The notes below the pieces were generated by a model. It was not told the DNA's origin and ran no database searches. It was given only the letters and a program-made list of their open reading frames with translations. Below are positions 29,099 through 32,000 of a DNA stretch of 32,000 bases, in pieces. This DNA is from Desulfuromonas soudanensis (lineage in GTDB: Bacteria > Desulfobacterota > Desulfuromonadia > Desulfuromonadales > WTL). Position numbers and translations under genes: made by a program. The DNA lies in assembly GCF_001278055.1 (NCBI RefSeq), contig NZ_CP010802.1, positions 3,912,189 through 3,944,188 of the forward strand. Reading direction: 5' to 3'. The first letter of the stretch is position 1, and every line of letters starts with the position of its first letter.

Positions 29099-30298
29099 CT
29101 AAGACCCCTGGTCGCCGTCGCCCCCTTCCCTTCTCCCTGGAGGTGCAAGGAGCGACCCCCGGCAAATTCCCCATTCACCAAAGCGCTCCTGCAAGCCGTC
29201 GAGGGTCCGGTTCAATGTCTCCCGGCGCCGCCTGTCGTCCTCATCGAAGAGACTCTCCTGTCCCGACCCCCTCTGACCGAGCTGACTCAGCGTGATGCCG
29301 AGAAGACGCACCGCCCGGCTCCCGGCTTCCGTCCGCTGGAGAAGCTCGACGGCGATCCTGTGGATTTCGCCGGAGCTCTCCTCCCCGCGGGCCAGGGTAT
29401 GGCTCCTGGTCACGGAGATGTGGTCGGAATACTTGACCCGAAGCGTAATGCAGCGGCCGCTGAATCCCAGGCGCCGCAGGCGGCGGGCGACCCTCTCGGC
29501 AATGCCCAGCAGTTCCCGCTCCATATCCTCCGGCTGCCAAAGGTCGCAATCGAAGGTTTCTTCATGACCGAGCGACTGGGCTGTGCCGCCGGAGACCACC
29601 TCCCGATCGTCGTGCCCCCGGGCCATTTCGAAGAGGGTCGGGCCGAAGGACCCGAAGTGACGCTCCAGATACTCACGGGAAAGGGATTGCAGATCGCCCA
29701 CGGTTTTGATCCCGCCGTTCTCCAGACGCCGGGAGGCGACGGGACCGACTCCCCAGAGGCGGCCGACGGGGAGAGGGTGCAGGAAGGACTCAACTTCCTC
29801 CTCCCGGATGGCGTAGAGACCGTCGGGTTTCCCCTGTTCGGAGGCGAGTTTGGCCAAAAGCTTGTTGGGGGCGATCCCGGCACTGACCACCAGGCCGAGT
29901 TGTTCCCGGACCTCGCGGCGAATCCTGGCTGCGATCTCCACAGGGGTGCCGAAGAGCCGTTCGCAGCCGGTGACATCGAGAAAGGCTTCGTCGATGGACA
30001 GCGGCTCGACACGGTCCGTGTATCGGCGGAAAATGGCGAAAACCGCCAGGGAAATCTCCCGGTAACGACCCATTCGCACCGGCCGGACCAGCGCCTGGGG
30101 ACAGAGGCGCAAGGCCCTGGACATCCCCATGGCGGATCGAACCCCGAAGGGACGGGCTTCATAGGAACAGGCGCAAACGACCCCTCGCTCCGGGCTGCCG
30201 CCGACAATGACCGGTTTGCCCCGCAGTTCAGGAAAGTCGCGCTGCTCCACCGCCGCGAAAAAGGCATCCATATCGAGATGTATGATGGCTCGACCCAT
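29099..30298 (-). CDS. dinB: DNA polymerase IV (Y-family) DinB
   Basis: The sequences IIHLDMDAFFAAVEQR, SYEARPFGV, LSIDEAFLDVTG and VSAGIAPNKLLAKLAS are present. The protein is 399 aa. Confidence 0.93.
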   Translation of the reverse strand: MGRAIIHLDMDAFFAAVEQRDFPELRGKPVIVGGSPERGVVCACSYEARPFGVRSAMGMSRALRLCPQALVRPVRMGRYREISLAVFAIFRRYTDRVEPLSIDEAFLDVTGCERLFGTPVEIAARIRREVREQLGLVVSAGIAPNKLLAKLASEQGKPDGLYAIREEEVESFLHPLPVGRLWGVGPVASRRLENGGIKTVGDLQSLSREYLERHFGSFGPTLFEMARGHDDREVVSGGTAQSLGHEETFDCDLWQPEDMERELLGIAERVARRLRRLGFSGRCITLRVKYSDHISVTRSHTLARGEESSGEIHRIAVELLQRTEAGSRAVRLLGITLSQLGQRGSGQESLFDEDDRRRRETLNRTLDGLQERFGEWGICRGSLLAPPGRREGGDGDQGS

Positions 30299-30336
30299 GA
30301 TCGCAGACCCTATCCCCGGGGAACGAATTCCGTCAC

Positions 30337-30378
30337 TTGACCTTTTCCCTCCGGCATGCTAGATACCTGGTCATACCA
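30337..30378 (+). promoter_or_regulatory. Candidate promoter (TTGACC-17 nt-TAGATA) followed by a FadR/PdhR-type operator-like box, TGGTCATACCA
   Basis: The -35 is at 30337-30342 and the -10 at 30360-30365. The inverted repeat TGGT-N3-ACCA at 30368-30378 lies immediately downstream of the -10 and 22 nt upstream of the regulator ATG. Confidence 0.4.
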
Positions 30379-30400
30379 CTACGCCAAGAGGGGAAATGGC

Positions 30401-31126
30401 ATGACCACCATGTTCAAACCGATCCGGCCAAAAAAGATTTCTGAAGAAATCGTCGAACAGATCATCCAGCACATATCCCAGGGACAACTCAAACCCGGCG
30501 AGCGTATCCCCTCCGAGCGGGATCTCGCCACGGCCCTCGGAGTCAGCCGTCCCTCCGTACGCGAAGCGATCATGGTTCTCGAGGCGCTGGGTCTGGTGGA
30601 ATCCCGCCAGGGGGGTGGGACCTACGTCCGTTCCGTCGCCGACAAAGCCCTCGCCGACCCCCTGAGCAACCTGGTCGAGCGGGACCCCAACCTTCTTCAT
30701 GCCCTCGCCGAAGTCCGCATGGGTCTTGAGGGATGGTCCTCCTACCTCGCCGCCAGGAACGCCACCGAAGAAGAGATTGCCGAGCTTCGCGCTCTCCTCG
30801 AAGAGATGCGGAAAAAAGTCCCGTCGGGTGGCTGGGGAGCCGAAATCGATACCCGCTTCCACTACACCATCACCGCCGCCAGCCACAACACCATCCAGCA
30901 GCACGTCCTCAACACCATCCACGGTCTGTTCAAGGCCACCATCGAGGTGGCCCTTTTCGAATTTTACCGCAAAGAGGGGTATGCCGAACTCCTCCTCCGG
31001 CAACATGAGGCGATCGTCGACGCCATCGCCCGCCGCGAGCCCGAAGAGGCCCGCCTGAGGATGGTGGAACACCTCACCATTGTCGAGCAGAAACTTTCAC
31101 AGCTCCTTGAGGAACGGGGACACTGA
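30401..31126 (+). CDS. GntR-family transcriptional regulator, FadR subfamily (PdhR/LldR-like, wHTH plus FCD)
   Basis: The wHTH reads SERDLATALGVSRPSVREAIMVLEALGLVESRQGGGTYV and is followed by an FCD domain. I chose the start at MTTMFKPIRP (ATG 30401, AGAGGGGA upstream) over the upstream in-frame start at 30356. Confidence 0.85.
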   Translation: MTTMFKPIRPKKISEEIVEQIIQHISQGQLKPGERIPSERDLATALGVSRPSVREAIMVLEALGLVESRQGGGTYVRSVADKALADPLSNLVERDPNLLHALAEVRMGLEGWSSYLAARNATEEEIAELRALLEEMRKKVPSGGWGAEIDTRFHYTITAASHNTIQQHVLNTIHGLFKATIEVALFEFYRKEGYAELLLRQHEAIVDAIARREPEEARLRMVEHLTIVEQKLSQLLEERGH

Positions 31127-31202
31127 TCGTCCGATTCAACGCCTCGACCCTGTCCCGCCTCGGCATTTAAACATCCCTGGTTTAACACGGCAGACACCAC
31201 AG

Positions 31203-31236
31203 AAAAAAGGGGCGGACCTGAAGGTCCGCCCCTTTT
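31203..31236. terminator. Bidirectional rho-independent terminator between the GntR gene (+) and atpC (-)
   Basis: A perfect 10-bp stem (GGGGCGGACC-TGAA-GGTCCGCCCC, 31209-31232) is flanked by A6 on the left and T4 on the right. Each transcription direction therefore reads a stem followed by a U-run. Confidence 0.85.
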
Positions 31237-31262
31237 CCCTCTTCATGTCTTGTACCTGACTC

Positions 31263-31685
31263 TCAGTGGCCGCGCTGTGCCTTGCGCCCGGCAACCATGA
31301 TCCTTATCATGGCCCGCTCGAGTGCGGCCTGCATGACGATAAATTCCTTGTCCTCCGGTCCGAGACGCTTGAGAGCCTCTTCGGCGCGACCGAGTGCCAG
31401 CTTGGCCCGATCCAGGTCGATTTCATCGGCCGGCTCGGCCGTTTCCACCAGCACGGTCACGGTATCGTTTTCCACCTCCACGTACCCCCAGTTCACGGCG
31501 ACGTGATAGGACTCGGCACCCTGACGATAGGTCAGTTCGCCGATCTTGAGGGTGGTCAACATCGGAGTATGCCCGGGAAGCACGCCGAACTCACCGATGA
31601 CGCCAGGCGCGACAATCTCGTCGACCTCCTGGGAGAGAACTTTCTTGTAGGGTGTGACCATTTCCAGTCTGAGCTTTTCTGCCAT
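31263..31685 (-). CDS. atpC: F0F1 ATP synthase subunit epsilon
   Basis: The sequence LEMVTPYKKVLSQEVDEIVAPGVIGEFGVLPGHTPMLTTL is followed by a C-terminal helical hairpin. The protein is 140 aa and the gene is directly downstream of atpD. Confidence 0.92.
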   Translation of the reverse strand: MAEKLRLEMVTPYKKVLSQEVDEIVAPGVIGEFGVLPGHTPMLTTLKIGELTYRQGAESYHVAVNWGYVEVENDTVTVLVETAEPADEIDLDRAKLALGRAEEALKRLGPEDKEFIVMQAALERAMIRIMVAGRKAQRGH

Positions 31686-31743
31686 TACGAACGTCCTTTG
31701 GCGCGATGGCGGGCCCCGTCAGGACCCGCCGTTGCTTCGTCTA

Positions 31744-32000
<257 letters not shown>

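Noticed and set aside
30299-30400. A LexA/SOS box upstream of dinB.
   Set aside because: I found no CTGT-N8-ACAG, GAAC-N4-GTTC or GGTT-N..-ACC pattern. GAACGAATTCC at about 30321 lacks the GTTC arm. I cannot exclude a divergent clade-specific motif without a PWM scan.

Overview
The window is a GC-rich chromosomal segment that looks like core genome. Gene content and protein style suggest a Desulfuromonadales (Geobacter/Desulfuromonas-like) deltaproteobacterium, but that placement is inference only. I can support about 32 protein-coding genes and found no rRNA, tRNA, CRISPR array, transposase or integrase. Genes in order from the left are listed below.
- rimO (partial) and yajQ.
- A minus-strand chemosensory operon: cheR, mcp, cheW, cheY, cheA, cheC, cheD and a LolA-like gene.
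- thiL and lon, which overlap.
- An NRDE/TANGO2-family gene.
- A complete tol-pal cluster: tolQ, tolR, tolA, tolB, pal and cpoB.
- ilvA followed by a TraB/GumN-like gene.
- A DUF2064 gene, folE2, queC and pyk.
- A small di-heme cytochrome c and PBP1A.
- A GntR/FCD regulator divergent from an RCK-type channel gene.
- dinB divergent from a second GntR/FCD regulator.
- atpC and the 3' end of atpD.
Many long ORFs in the supplied track are antisense or off-frame shadows of these genes, or 5' over-extensions, and I trimmed or rejected them. I do not see a clear novel defence or mobile system. The items most worth follow-up are below.
- A Dif-like chemosensory operon with no cheB. It has a candidate sigma-54 promoter, an MCP with no periplasmic sensor domain and a LolA-like tail gene.
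- A channel whose selectivity filter reads TVGFRE instead of TVGYGD, and which also carries a C9 homopolymer in its coding sequence.
- Two palindromic GntR-type operator candidates, one overlapping its own promoter and one in the dinB divergent region.
- A terminator-like hairpin immediately upstream of the pyk ribosome-binding site.
All promoter, operator and terminator calls rest on visual pattern matching only.
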